DNA of 64,000 nucleotides from assembly GCA_965261065.1 (NCBI GenBank), contig OZ253444.1, positions 3,526,382 through 3,590,381 on the forward strand, written 5' to 3'. Below the pieces are notes generated by a model that did not search any database, had not been told where the DNA came from, and was given only the letters and a program-made list of their open reading frames with translations. Source of the DNA: Bryobacterales bacterium. GTDB lineage: Bacteria; Acidobacteriota; Terriglobia; Bryobacterales; UBA6623. The first letter of the stretch is position 1. Each line of letters starts with the position of its first letter. A program made the translations under genes and the position numbers. Of the stretch, positions 34,656 through 42,843 are shown piece by piece.

Positions 34656-35499
34656 TAGTGGCCGCGCGAGAGGAGATCGGTGAAGACCGGCCTGAGGGCG
34701 TTTTCTATGCGCGATCACTGCCTAGAGCCGCGTGGGACAGGCCTTGGATGGCGAGCATTGAGCGCGTCGTTCTTATCCATCGTTTGCGCGAGGTTGTGGC
34801 GTCGGTCGGTTTCACCCGATTTGAATCGGCCTCCGCCGATTTCGAGGGTGAGCTGGATATGGGTGTCCGCCGGGCATCGTTGGCACGCGATATATCGTGG
34901 CTGCCCGCAGTTGAGAATAAGGGAGAAGGCTTCTTCATTCAGTTCAAGAAGTCAGCAATTGACGAGTGGCTGCTAGAGCCTGGCGTCCAGTCGAGAACTG
35001 CCGCCTTGAATCGGGGTTTTCAGGCCTGGAGTCGGGAGCACTCTGGGGCCGGCCGGAAGTTTCCCCGTCCGGAGCACATCATGCTCCACTCGGTGTCGCA
35101 TCTTTTACTCACCGCGGTTTCCTTGCAGTGTGGGTATCCGGCCAGCTCAATTCGGGAACGAGTGTATGCCATACCGAGTATCGGATACGGGATTCTTCTG
35201 TACACAGGCAGTTCGGATGCTGAAGGTACGTTGGGCGGGTTGGTGGAGGTAGGCCGCAACATTCACGAATCCCTGCGTGACGCTCTGGAGATGGCCCAGC
35301 TGTGTTCCAATGACCCGGTCTGCGCTCAGCATGAGCCCGAGAGCGGGCATGAGCACCGCTACCTACATGGCACCGCTTGTCATGGATGCGTGCTCGTTGC
35401 GGAAACCAGTTGCGAGCAGCAGAACGATTTCCTTGATCGCGCGCTTGTAGTCTGGACGGTTGAGGCGGAGGGCGCAGAGTTCTTCCCGGAGATCAAACC

Positions 35500-36291
35500 T
35501 TGAGCGAAGAACTCTTCAATCTCCCACCCGCGGACCTACGTGTACTCGCATCGGCGGTCCGCTCCGGGAGACTAACCGTGCCGTCTTCCGGTGCCGGGGT
35601 CGAAAGATTCGTGGGGCGCGAAGGCTCCGACGAGGTGTCCAAAGCGCTGGGGGATCTCCAATCTGCCGGCTGCTCACAGGAAGGTGTCGCTCGCTGTTTA
35701 GAAATGCTGGCCGCCGGAGCCGAGACACAGCGCGGACTGGACGAGGCCGTGCAAGTCGTGACCACGGGGCCCGAGATGGCAGCCGTTGCGAACCGGGACA
35801 CGATGGTTGTTGTGCAGGAGATGTTTCGGCGGGCCGAGCGGAGCGTCTTGGTCTCCGGGCATACGGTTTTCGAGGGCCGAAAGGTGTTTCGGGAGCTTGC
35901 CGCCAGAACGCTCGAACTCCCTGATCTGCAAGTCCGGATGTTCCTTGACATCCGCAGGAAGGCTGGCGACACGTCGCTTGACTCGGAGATCGTTTGGCGC
36001 TTCGTCGATCACTTTCGACGCGCGCACTGGCCCGAGGGCTGTCCGCTGCCGCAGATCTACTACGATCCTCGGTCATTGGCTTCGGATCGGCAAAAGCAGG
36101 CAGTCTTGCACGCGAAGTGCGTTGTCGCGGACGATTCCGAGCTGTTTGTGTCCTCGGCCAACTTTACCGAGGCGGCGCAGGTGCGGAACATCGAGCTTGG
36201 GCTGCTTCTGCGGTCGTCCGCACTTGCCTCCCAGGTAGGCAACTTCTTCGACTCGCTCGTCGAATCCGGACACTGCCAGCGGGCAAATTGA
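35500..36291 (+). CDS. drmC: DISARM DrmC-like PLD/HKD-domain protein
   Basis: 263 aa with HKD motif LHAKCVVADDSELFVSSANFTEAAQVRNIELG. Its TTG start overlaps the drmB stop (TTGA). Confidence 0.7.
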   Translation: MSEELFNLPPADLRVLASAVRSGRLTVPSSGAGVERFVGREGSDEVSKALGDLQSAGCSQEGVARCLEMLAAGAETQRGLDEAVQVVTTGPEMAAVANRDTMVVVQEMFRRAERSVLVSGHTVFEGRKVFRELAARTLELPDLQVRMFLDIRRKAGDTSLDSEIVWRFVDHFRRAHWPEGCPLPQIYYDPRSLASDRQKQAVLHAKCVVADDSELFVSSANFTEAAQVRNIELGLLLRSSALASQVGNFFDSLVESGHCQRAN

Positions 36292-36706
36292 AAAGTGGCT
36301 CCTTCCGCTATCTGTTACTCCACCAGGCTAGAAGTTGCCCGGTTGGAGACGGGGCGTCATACAACCGGACGGTTGCATGCCGGCATGTCCTGCAGAGCAG
36401 TAGTTGGTCACAGGCGACTTGGTCCACACTTGTTGCTGGCACGCAGGCGGTGGCGGAGGGCCCGCGGAGATCAGCCCAGGACAGCGGTTTCCTGTCTCGC
36501 CGACGGTGACTCGCGGGCGGGGCGACCGCGTGAACCCGGCAGGCAGAACCCGTGCGCACCCTGAACCCACATTACGGGCACCGGCTTCCTCAAGAACTCG
36601 GCCCTAAGGGCGTAACTTGCTGAAACCTAGTCACTTAGCGCGAGACACAGTTTTTTGGAGGAGAGTCCGGAAAGTGGGTGATTGTGGCAGGGGCTGGTCG
36701 GAGTCC

Positions 36707-37476
36707 TCAAGCCGTTTGTTTGGCCGCTTCGCCATGCTCTGCTCTCTGGATAGTTTTGGCAGCCCTACGACGAGCCGTTGAGGTGCGGTAGGCCCTGCGG
36801 ACTGTGGTGGCCCCAACGCCAAGCTTCGATGCAATCTGGGACCAGCTCATGTCCTCCTGATCGCGCAGCCGCACTACCTCGTCTCGGTCGAACACCATCC
36901 TCGGTCGGCCAATTCGTTTCCCCAACGCCAGTGCTCGCTCGTGCCCCGCTTTGATCGCGTCGACACGCTCCTCGTTCTCCATTTCGGCAAACCATGCTTG
37001 AATCGCCCAGAGCAGCTTGCCCATGGTAGAGCTGATCGCGCCGGTCTGAGACTTCACCGGCACCACGGTCACTTCTGCGTCCGCCAGTTCGTAGACGGTC
37101 GAGATGACCTCACGCATGTCGCGGCCGAGACGTGAGACCTTCCAGACCAGCAAGCGATCGAACTTACGGAGCGCGGCATCCCTCTTCATTCGCTCGAACA
37201 TCGGACGAGATCGGGCGCCCTTGCGACCAGACTTCCCTTGCTCGACGTAGATGTACTGATCAGCGAGACGATCAGCGACGACCTGGTTGACGCGATAGAC
37301 CGTTCGTGGAGGATCTGGGCCCCGGACTTCTTCCGCGACGATGCAGTAGGAGAGATCGTCAGGACCTGACCCCAGTCACGAGGCGACCCGTCCTTCTCAG
37401 CTACTGCAAGCAAGTCCTGGAACTGGTTCTCGCTAGTTTGTCGGTCACTGGAGACCCGGAAATACAAAGCATCCAC
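36707..37476 (-). pseudogene. Serine recombinase/resolvase, frameshifted
   Basis: The N-terminal ORF (37186-37476) begins MDALYFRVSSDRQTSENQ, which contains the catalytic Ser. The remainder sits in another frame (36707-37201): FDRLLVWKVSRLGRD... and HTH MSWSQIASKLGVGATTVRRAY. Confidence 0.75.
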
Positions 37477-37645
37477 ATTGCACCTCGCAGTTGATGCGAG
37501 GCGGTGGTGCCATCAAGGTTCTGGTCTGGAGGGAAACGATCGGTCCCACGCTTTGGTGGGGCAAACTCCGACGAGCCTTCGATAGGTTTTTGGAACCAAA
37601 TGGAACCAATCGAGGGAAGGTGCTGGCTGTAAGTTGTTGAAAAGA

Positions 37646-37721
37646 TGGTGGCCAGGGACGGAATTGAACCGCCGACGCCGGCCTTTTCAGGGCCGCGCTC
37701 TACCGACTGAGCTACCTGGCC
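37646..37721 (-). tRNA. tRNA-Phe (GAA)
   Basis: The minus strand reads GGCCAGGTAGCTCAGTCGGTAGAGCGCGGCCCTGAAAAGGCCGGCGTCGGCGGTTCAATTCCGTCCCTGGCCACCA. It has a 7-bp acceptor stem, anticodon loop CTGAAAA and an encoded CCA. Confidence 0.9.
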
Positions 37722-37976
37722 ATCTTGTTCGATTCTAGGGAGCGGCTCGATGTAGTGTCAACGAAGCCTCGTTCCCGCTACTCTAGTCATAGCAGATCCC
37801 ATCCTAAGTTCGTCATGCCTCACGCTGATCCCGGAACGAACCCACCCCCGTTGGGGCCGCGCGCGGAGCCGAACCGCCGCGGTCGGCCACTGAGTTTGAT
37901 CGGCTGCAACGTTCGATCCGGTCGCGCGGGGTAACCTTGGAGTCGACGGCGCGCTTTTTTCACGGAGACAATCGGC

Positions 37977-39527
37977 TTGGTTGACGTCGCAGCCACACTC
38001 GAGCAACACGAACTCCTGCTGACCGGGGGCAACGGCTTCTTGGGTAAGATCTTGCTGGCCCTGCTGCTCGACCGCTATCCGGGGCTGAAGCACTTGCACG
38101 TGCTCGTGCGGCCTCGTGGCGACCGCACCGCCGAAGAGCGCTTTGCCCAAGAAGTGCTGGCCTCGCCGCCGCTCGAAGCCATCGTCGAAAAGCGCGGCCA
38201 AGACTTCATCCGCCAAAAGGTCACCGTATGGCCGGGCGATGCGGCGCGACCCGATTGCGGGGTCGACTCCGACGGCTGGGCCGGCGACGTCGGCCTCATA
38301 CTCAACTGCGCGGGGCTGGTGGAGTTCTTCCCGCCGCTTGATCAGTCGCTGCAAGCCAACGTGGATTCGGTCGAACACCTGTGCGCCTTGGCCGAACGGG
38401 TCGGCGCGAAGCTCTTGCACGTCTCGACCTGCTACGTGGCCGGCGAGTGCGATGGCTTGGTCGAGGAGACCGAGCCGATCGACGGCTTCTACCCTCACCG
38501 CGCCGGCGTCGAGGACGTGAGCTTTGACGCCGCTGTCGAGTTGGAGGAGTGCCGCCGGCGGATCGGGCAGATTCGCCAGGCCTACACCGCCCGGGGCCGC
38601 GACTCGGACGGCAAGTCCGCGCGTGAGTTGACGGACCGGCTGATTGAAATGGGCCGCCGCCGCGCCGCGCGATGGGGCTGGGTCAACACCTACACCTACA
38701 CCAAGAGCCTCGGCGAGCAGGTGCTCGCTAGCCGGGACGGTCTCGATTTCACGATTGTCCGCCCGGCGATCGTCGAGAGCTCGTTGCGTTTCCCGTTCCC
38801 GGGTTGGATTGAGGGCGGCCGGACCTCGGCCCCGTTGCTGCTGATGGCTCTCGGCGGGATGACGGACTGGCCGGCGCGCGGCGACATCCCGCTGGAAGTC
38901 GTCCCGGTCGATCAGGTAGCGTCGGCGATCGTCATCGCTGGCGCGTTGCTGCTGAACGGCCGGCACGAAAGCGTCTATCAGCTCGGCTCGGCGGACGTGA
39001 ATCCCTTTGAGTTGGAACCCCTGATCGAGTTGCTATGCCGGGAGACGCGCAAGTCGGGCCCGAACGGCAGCCGCCCGGTGAAGGTCCCGTTTTGGTTGCA
39101 GCGCCGATCCAAGCCACGGTTGCTTTCCGAGCAAGAGGCACGCATCGGCCGCGAGCGATTGCGCCGGCGGTTGGACAAGGCGCAAGCCATGGCCGCCGCG
39201 TTGCGAGGGTTTGCCGAGCAGGCAAAGTTCCCCGGCCGGGCGGCGCTGGGCAAGTGGGCGGCGTCGCTGCGCACGTTCGGCTTGCAAATCAATTTTCGCG
39301 AACAGACGCTCGAACAATACCTTCCCTTCATCCAGCGAAATCGCTACATCTTCGAGGCGCACAATATCCGTGCGGCCTATGAGCAAATCACCCAAGCCGA
39401 CCGGCGGCGGCTGCCGTGGGACCCGGAGAGAATCGACTGGACCGACTACTGGACCCGCAATCAAATAGAGGGCATCCGCAAGTGGATTCAACCCGAGGCC
39501 GTGCGCGACTGGTCGTTCAAGATCTGA
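37977..39527 (+). CDS. Fatty acyl-CoA reductase-like SDR (thioester-reductase/male-sterility NAD-binding domain)
   Basis: 516 aa with Rossmann motif LLTGGNGFLGKILL and the pattern HLHVLVRP...ERF, ...NCAGLVEF..., HVSTCYVAG. Confidence 0.7.
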   Translation: MVDVAATLEQHELLLTGGNGFLGKILLALLLDRYPGLKHLHVLVRPRGDRTAEERFAQEVLASPPLEAIVEKRGQDFIRQKVTVWPGDAARPDCGVDSDGWAGDVGLILNCAGLVEFFPPLDQSLQANVDSVEHLCALAERVGAKLLHVSTCYVAGECDGLVEETEPIDGFYPHRAGVEDVSFDAAVELEECRRRIGQIRQAYTARGRDSDGKSARELTDRLIEMGRRRAARWGWVNTYTYTKSLGEQVLASRDGLDFTIVRPAIVESSLRFPFPGWIEGGRTSAPLLLMALGGMTDWPARGDIPLEVVPVDQVASAIVIAGALLLNGRHESVYQLGSADVNPFELEPLIELLCRETRKSGPNGSRPVKVPFWLQRRSKPRLLSEQEARIGRERLRRRLDKAQAMAAALRGFAEQAKFPGRAALGKWAASLRTFGLQINFREQTLEQYLPFIQRNRYIFEAHNIRAAYEQITQADRRRLPWDPERIDWTDYWTRNQIEGIRKWIQPEAVRDWSFKI

Positions 39528-39542
39528 TTGCCGCGAGCGCGA

Positions 39543-39579
39543 AAACCGAGCCGTGACCGTCAGGGAGCGGTCCGGCACG
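39543..39579 (+). repeat. Dispersed ~37-nt intergenic repeat, copy 2
   Basis: AAACCGAGCCGTGACCGTCAGGGAGCGGTCCGGCACG. Confidence 0.85.
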
Positions 39580-39623
39580 AACCCTGACGCCACTCGAGGC
39601 CGCTAGCAGCGGGCGGCGGGGTT

Positions 39624-39702
39624 GTTTCTCGCAAAGACGCAAAGGCGCAAAAGACACCGTGTCTCTTGCGTTCTTGGCGATCTTAGCGTCTTTGCGAGAA
39701 AC
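39624..39702. repeat. Long nested palindrome between convergent genes
   Basis: Perfect 17-bp arms: GTTTCTCGCAAAGACGC (39624-39640) and GCGTCTTTGCGAGAAAC (39686-39702). The inner hairpin is GCAAAAGACAC-C-GTGTCTCTTGC (39647-39669). Confidence 0.8.
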
Positions 39703-39763
39703 AAAAAACCCGACCTCAGTAAGCAACTCGCTCACCTACGGCCACGTGTACGGGTCCACGGCC

Positions 39764-42355
39764 TCATCGCATCGGGAACGTTAGCGTTTCGTTGAGAACA
39801 ACCAGCCCATTGGGACTCAGCCCTTCCGCGATGGGTCGCGCGGCTCCCTTGCGGCTCACGATGGCCCAGGAATAGCGGAATGACAGGCGTTCGATCAGCC
39901 CCGACGCGAGGTTCTCGCGCAGCACGCGGCGCGTGTGCCCGGTGATCTTTACCGATCCCTCGTCGGCAATCGCTGCCAGGACAACCACTCCTTCCGGCAG
40001 GGTCGTCAAGTAGGTCTCCATTGCCACGACATCCTCGTCGTTGGCCCACGTATCGAAGGCGCGGACCGGCCCCAAAACGCCGGATTCGGGATCGATCGTG
40101 AGGAAGTTGAACCCCCGTCCGACACCGCCACCGTGAACCCGGTAAAGCAACTTACCCGCCATCTCGAAGCTGGCCACCGGCGCGGTGCTCAAGAAGCCGC
40201 CGGAGACGACGCGAAAGTCGATGGCGCCTTGGCTCGGCAAGACGCGCACTGCGACCTCGCGGGCCACCGTCTCTGGAATCACCGAGCGTCCGATGAGCGA
40301 AACCGTGTGCTCGCCTGCCGCCGCACCCGCCAAGGCTTCGAAAGACAGCGACAGCGTCTGCCCGGGCACACCTGCCGGAATACGCGCCTCGACTCCCGGT
40401 GGTACGCCGCCGAACTCGAAGCGAATCAGATCACAGAAGCCGTTGACGCCGTTCAACAAGACAGACACGGTTTGTGGCGGCCCTCCGGGCTGCACGACCA
40501 CCGGCCCTGGCTCGCCGAGGGACAGTAGGAAGCCAGGCCTGTCTTGCACGCCGGTGATGCGCAGCCGATGGCCGTTGCCGGCAATGCCATTTTGCAGAAG
40601 GCTCAGCTCAGCGATCACCGCCGCGGTGTCGCCGGCGATGTGGGTGTTTGTCTGGTAGATGCCTGCCATGCCCGGCAACATGCCCGAAAAGAACACGGGC
40701 AGCTCGACGCCGTCGAGGAAGGCCTGCGGCGTCTCGGCGGTGAGGTTCACTTGAGCCGGTGCCTCGCCGTCCGCAAGCGGGGTCTCGCCCGGCCCGAGTC
40801 CCGTGCCGTAGATCTCGAGGTAGCTGCCCGGCGGCACGCCGTTGGCCACGTCGACCGGGCACGGACGCCCAGGCCGGAACACGCCGACCTCGAAGATGCC
40901 GGGTGACGCCTGGGCCACCTCGACTTCGACCGGAGTACTCGGCATGCCGGCTCGATAAACCGTCGCTTCAGCGGCCCCCAATGGCACGTCCCACGGTATT
41001 TGTCCGCGCACCTCTTGGGGGTTGCTGAAGAGCAGCGGCATCGCCGAACCCTCGACGCAAGCGCTCACCGGTCCCAAGTGAAACGGCAGGTCGCCGCCTG
41101 CAACCGAGCGCCCGGCCGAGGCCAATCCGTCGCCGGCAAGCAAAGCCAAGGCTCCGGGAGAAAGCTGCTGCAGTCCGCCGGCCATGTTGACCACGCCATC
41201 GGGGTCGAGTTGCGCGACGCGTGTCTCAGAAAACTCGGGCGATGGACTGCCGGCCCACACCCCGGCCAACTCGAAGTAGGCGTCGCGCGGACGAAGGCGA
41301 TCGAGGCCCGGCTGGTGTCCCGCGGAGATTCGCATGAGCCCGTGCCAGGCTTCGTTGCGAAAGCCGTCGGGGAACGAGGGGTCTTCGCGGCCGGCCGACG
41401 TTTGAGTCTCAGGATCGCCGCCGCGCCACCATTCGTCGACGTACGCCGCGTACACGCCGCCGAGAATGGGCCCGGACTCTTGCTGAACCAGGTCTTCGAT
41501 GGCCCGCGCCTGCTGTTCCGCAACCTCCGCCTGCGGTTGCGCATCGAGGGCCCCTGCGAGGTGATCGTAGGCGTCGACGCCGAACGACGAGACGAGCAGC
41601 GGCTTCCCGGTGACCATCGATACAGCGGCCAGCGCGGCTTCGGCCGGCTCGGCGCCGGGCAGGTTGAGCGACCAAAAGGCCAGGCCGAGTTGGCCGAGGT
41701 CGTCCGTATGAAGGTCGCGCGAGCCGATCTGGTCGAGTTGTGAGACGGTGGTGGTCAGCAACGCAGTCCGCGCCTCCGCGTCACGGAGCACGCCGGCGGC
41801 TTCCGCGAGCAAGGCGTAGAAGTCAGCGGGCGAGCCGGCGAACTTCGATCGGTAGTCGTCGCCCACGTCTTCCCCGAAGACGAACGCGATCACCCGCGGC
41901 TCGTCCCGCCACGACGTGACGTAGTCCCGGAACTCGGCGAGGATCTCGTCCCGCAACGCGCGCCCGTCGGCATCGGCGGCTGAGAGGGAACGCGTGGTGT
42001 CGTAGAAGCGGTCGAGTGGAAAGCCGGCCAGCCAGTAGAGGTTAGTGCTGCCGAGCACGAAGCGAAAGGAGCGCTCGTCGGGCGGCATCAGTGCCAGGGT
42101 GCGAATCGTGTTCGCCCCCATGGCGGCGATGAGCGGAAGGTCTCGCGGGTAGAAGCAGCCGGCGCCGGCGTTGTGGTCCGACCAGCCTTCGCCGATCGGC
42201 ACGTTGCTATAGACGACACCACGAACGACGAAGGGAACGTCGTTCAGCAAAAGCTGGGAGTCGCGGATTTCAAAGCCGGCTGATAGCGCAGCCGTTGACA
42301 GCAGGGCGAGGAGAACCAGTGCGGCAGAGATTCTCCCCGAGCGGGGTGCGGCCAT
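39764..42355 (-). CDS. Secreted multidomain protein: glycoside-hydrolase-like TIM-barrel N-domain, Ig-like repeats, C-terminal ILEI/FAM3-like domain
   Basis: 863 aa with a signal peptide. The N-terminal region reads FEIRDSQLLLNDVPFVVRGVVYSN.... The C-terminal ~95 aa (GFNFLTIDPESGVLGPVRAFDTWANDEDVVAMETYLTTLPEGVVVLAAIADEG...SFRYSWAIVSRKG) aligns well by eye with the FAM3/ILEI domain. Confidence 0.6.
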   Translation of the reverse strand: MAAPRSGRISAALVLLALLSTAALSAGFEIRDSQLLLNDVPFVVRGVVYSNVPIGEGWSDHNAGAGCFYPRDLPLIAAMGANTIRTLALMPPDERSFRFVLGSTNLYWLAGFPLDRFYDTTRSLSAADADGRALRDEILAEFRDYVTSWRDEPRVIAFVFGEDVGDDYRSKFAGSPADFYALLAEAAGVLRDAEARTALLTTTVSQLDQIGSRDLHTDDLGQLGLAFWSLNLPGAEPAEAALAAVSMVTGKPLLVSSFGVDAYDHLAGALDAQPQAEVAEQQARAIEDLVQQESGPILGGVYAAYVDEWWRGGDPETQTSAGREDPSFPDGFRNEAWHGLMRISAGHQPGLDRLRPRDAYFELAGVWAGSPSPEFSETRVAQLDPDGVVNMAGGLQQLSPGALALLAGDGLASAGRSVAGGDLPFHLGPVSACVEGSAMPLLFSNPQEVRGQIPWDVPLGAAEATVYRAGMPSTPVEVEVAQASPGIFEVGVFRPGRPCPVDVANGVPPGSYLEIYGTGLGPGETPLADGEAPAQVNLTAETPQAFLDGVELPVFFSGMLPGMAGIYQTNTHIAGDTAAVIAELSLLQNGIAGNGHRLRITGVQDRPGFLLSLGEPGPVVVQPGGPPQTVSVLLNGVNGFCDLIRFEFGGVPPGVEARIPAGVPGQTLSLSFEALAGAAAGEHTVSLIGRSVIPETVAREVAVRVLPSQGAIDFRVVSGGFLSTAPVASFEMAGKLLYRVHGGGVGRGFNFLTIDPESGVLGPVRAFDTWANDEDVVAMETYLTTLPEGVVVLAAIADEGSVKITGHTRRVLRENLASGLIERLSFRYSWAIVSRKGAARPIAEGLSPNGLVVLNETLTFPMR

Positions 42356-42461
42356 TCGGGTTGAGAGGGGTTAACTACAAATGTATATAAATGCGCGTTG
42401 ATTTGCAAGGAACAGATGTAGCCAGGAATGGATGTAGACAGCAACGCCAGGGCCATCGGCG

Positions 42462-42665
42462 CTAAGCGTCCACCCGCGGCATGATGAACCAGAGAACAAG
42501 GTAGGCCAGTGTGCCCGGGAAACCCACCGAGACGATGGAGACCACGACGTACAGGAAGCGGACCAGCGTCGGGTTCCAGCCCAGCCACTCGGCGAGGCCG
42601 CCGCAGACCCCGGCGATCCAGCGGTGCCGCCGGGAACGGCGCAAGGGGTTTCGGGGTTCAGGCAT
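42462..42665 (-). CDS. PspC-domain membrane protein
   Basis: 67 aa from ATG 42665. The sequence RRSRRHRWIAGVCGGLAEWLGWNPTLVRFLYVV is a typical PspC domain. Confidence 0.8.
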   Translation of the reverse strand: MPEPRNPLRRSRRHRWIAGVCGGLAEWLGWNPTLVRFLYVVVSIVSVGFPGTLAYLVLWFIMPRVDA

Positions 42666-42843
42666 GATCCGCCTCCAGCGGCCTGGGCGCGTCTCTTGAC
42701 ATCCATGAAAGCATACGCCGCCCGGCATGCGATGTTCCCGGCCCGCCGTGCTTTTGAATCCCTACGCGGGCTTGAGGACCGCTTAACGCCTCGGCCCGAC
42801 GTGACACCGCCGGGCATCGAGCGCTTTTCAAGCGCACCGAATC

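Larger units (their letters stand above)
31342..35503 (+). pseudogene. drmB: DISARM DrmB-like DUF1998 protein, interrupted by two tandem IS630-B copies
   Basis: The N-terminal part (31342-32325) reads ...IRQSQILTTFGPGSMTDLPKHSVLIGGLDYW.... The C-terminal part (34658-35503) carries HSVSHLL, GSSDAEGTLGGLVE, CSNDPVC and CHGC...SCE. Removing 32326-34657 restores the frame (..ELETL|VAAREE..). Confidence 0.7.
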
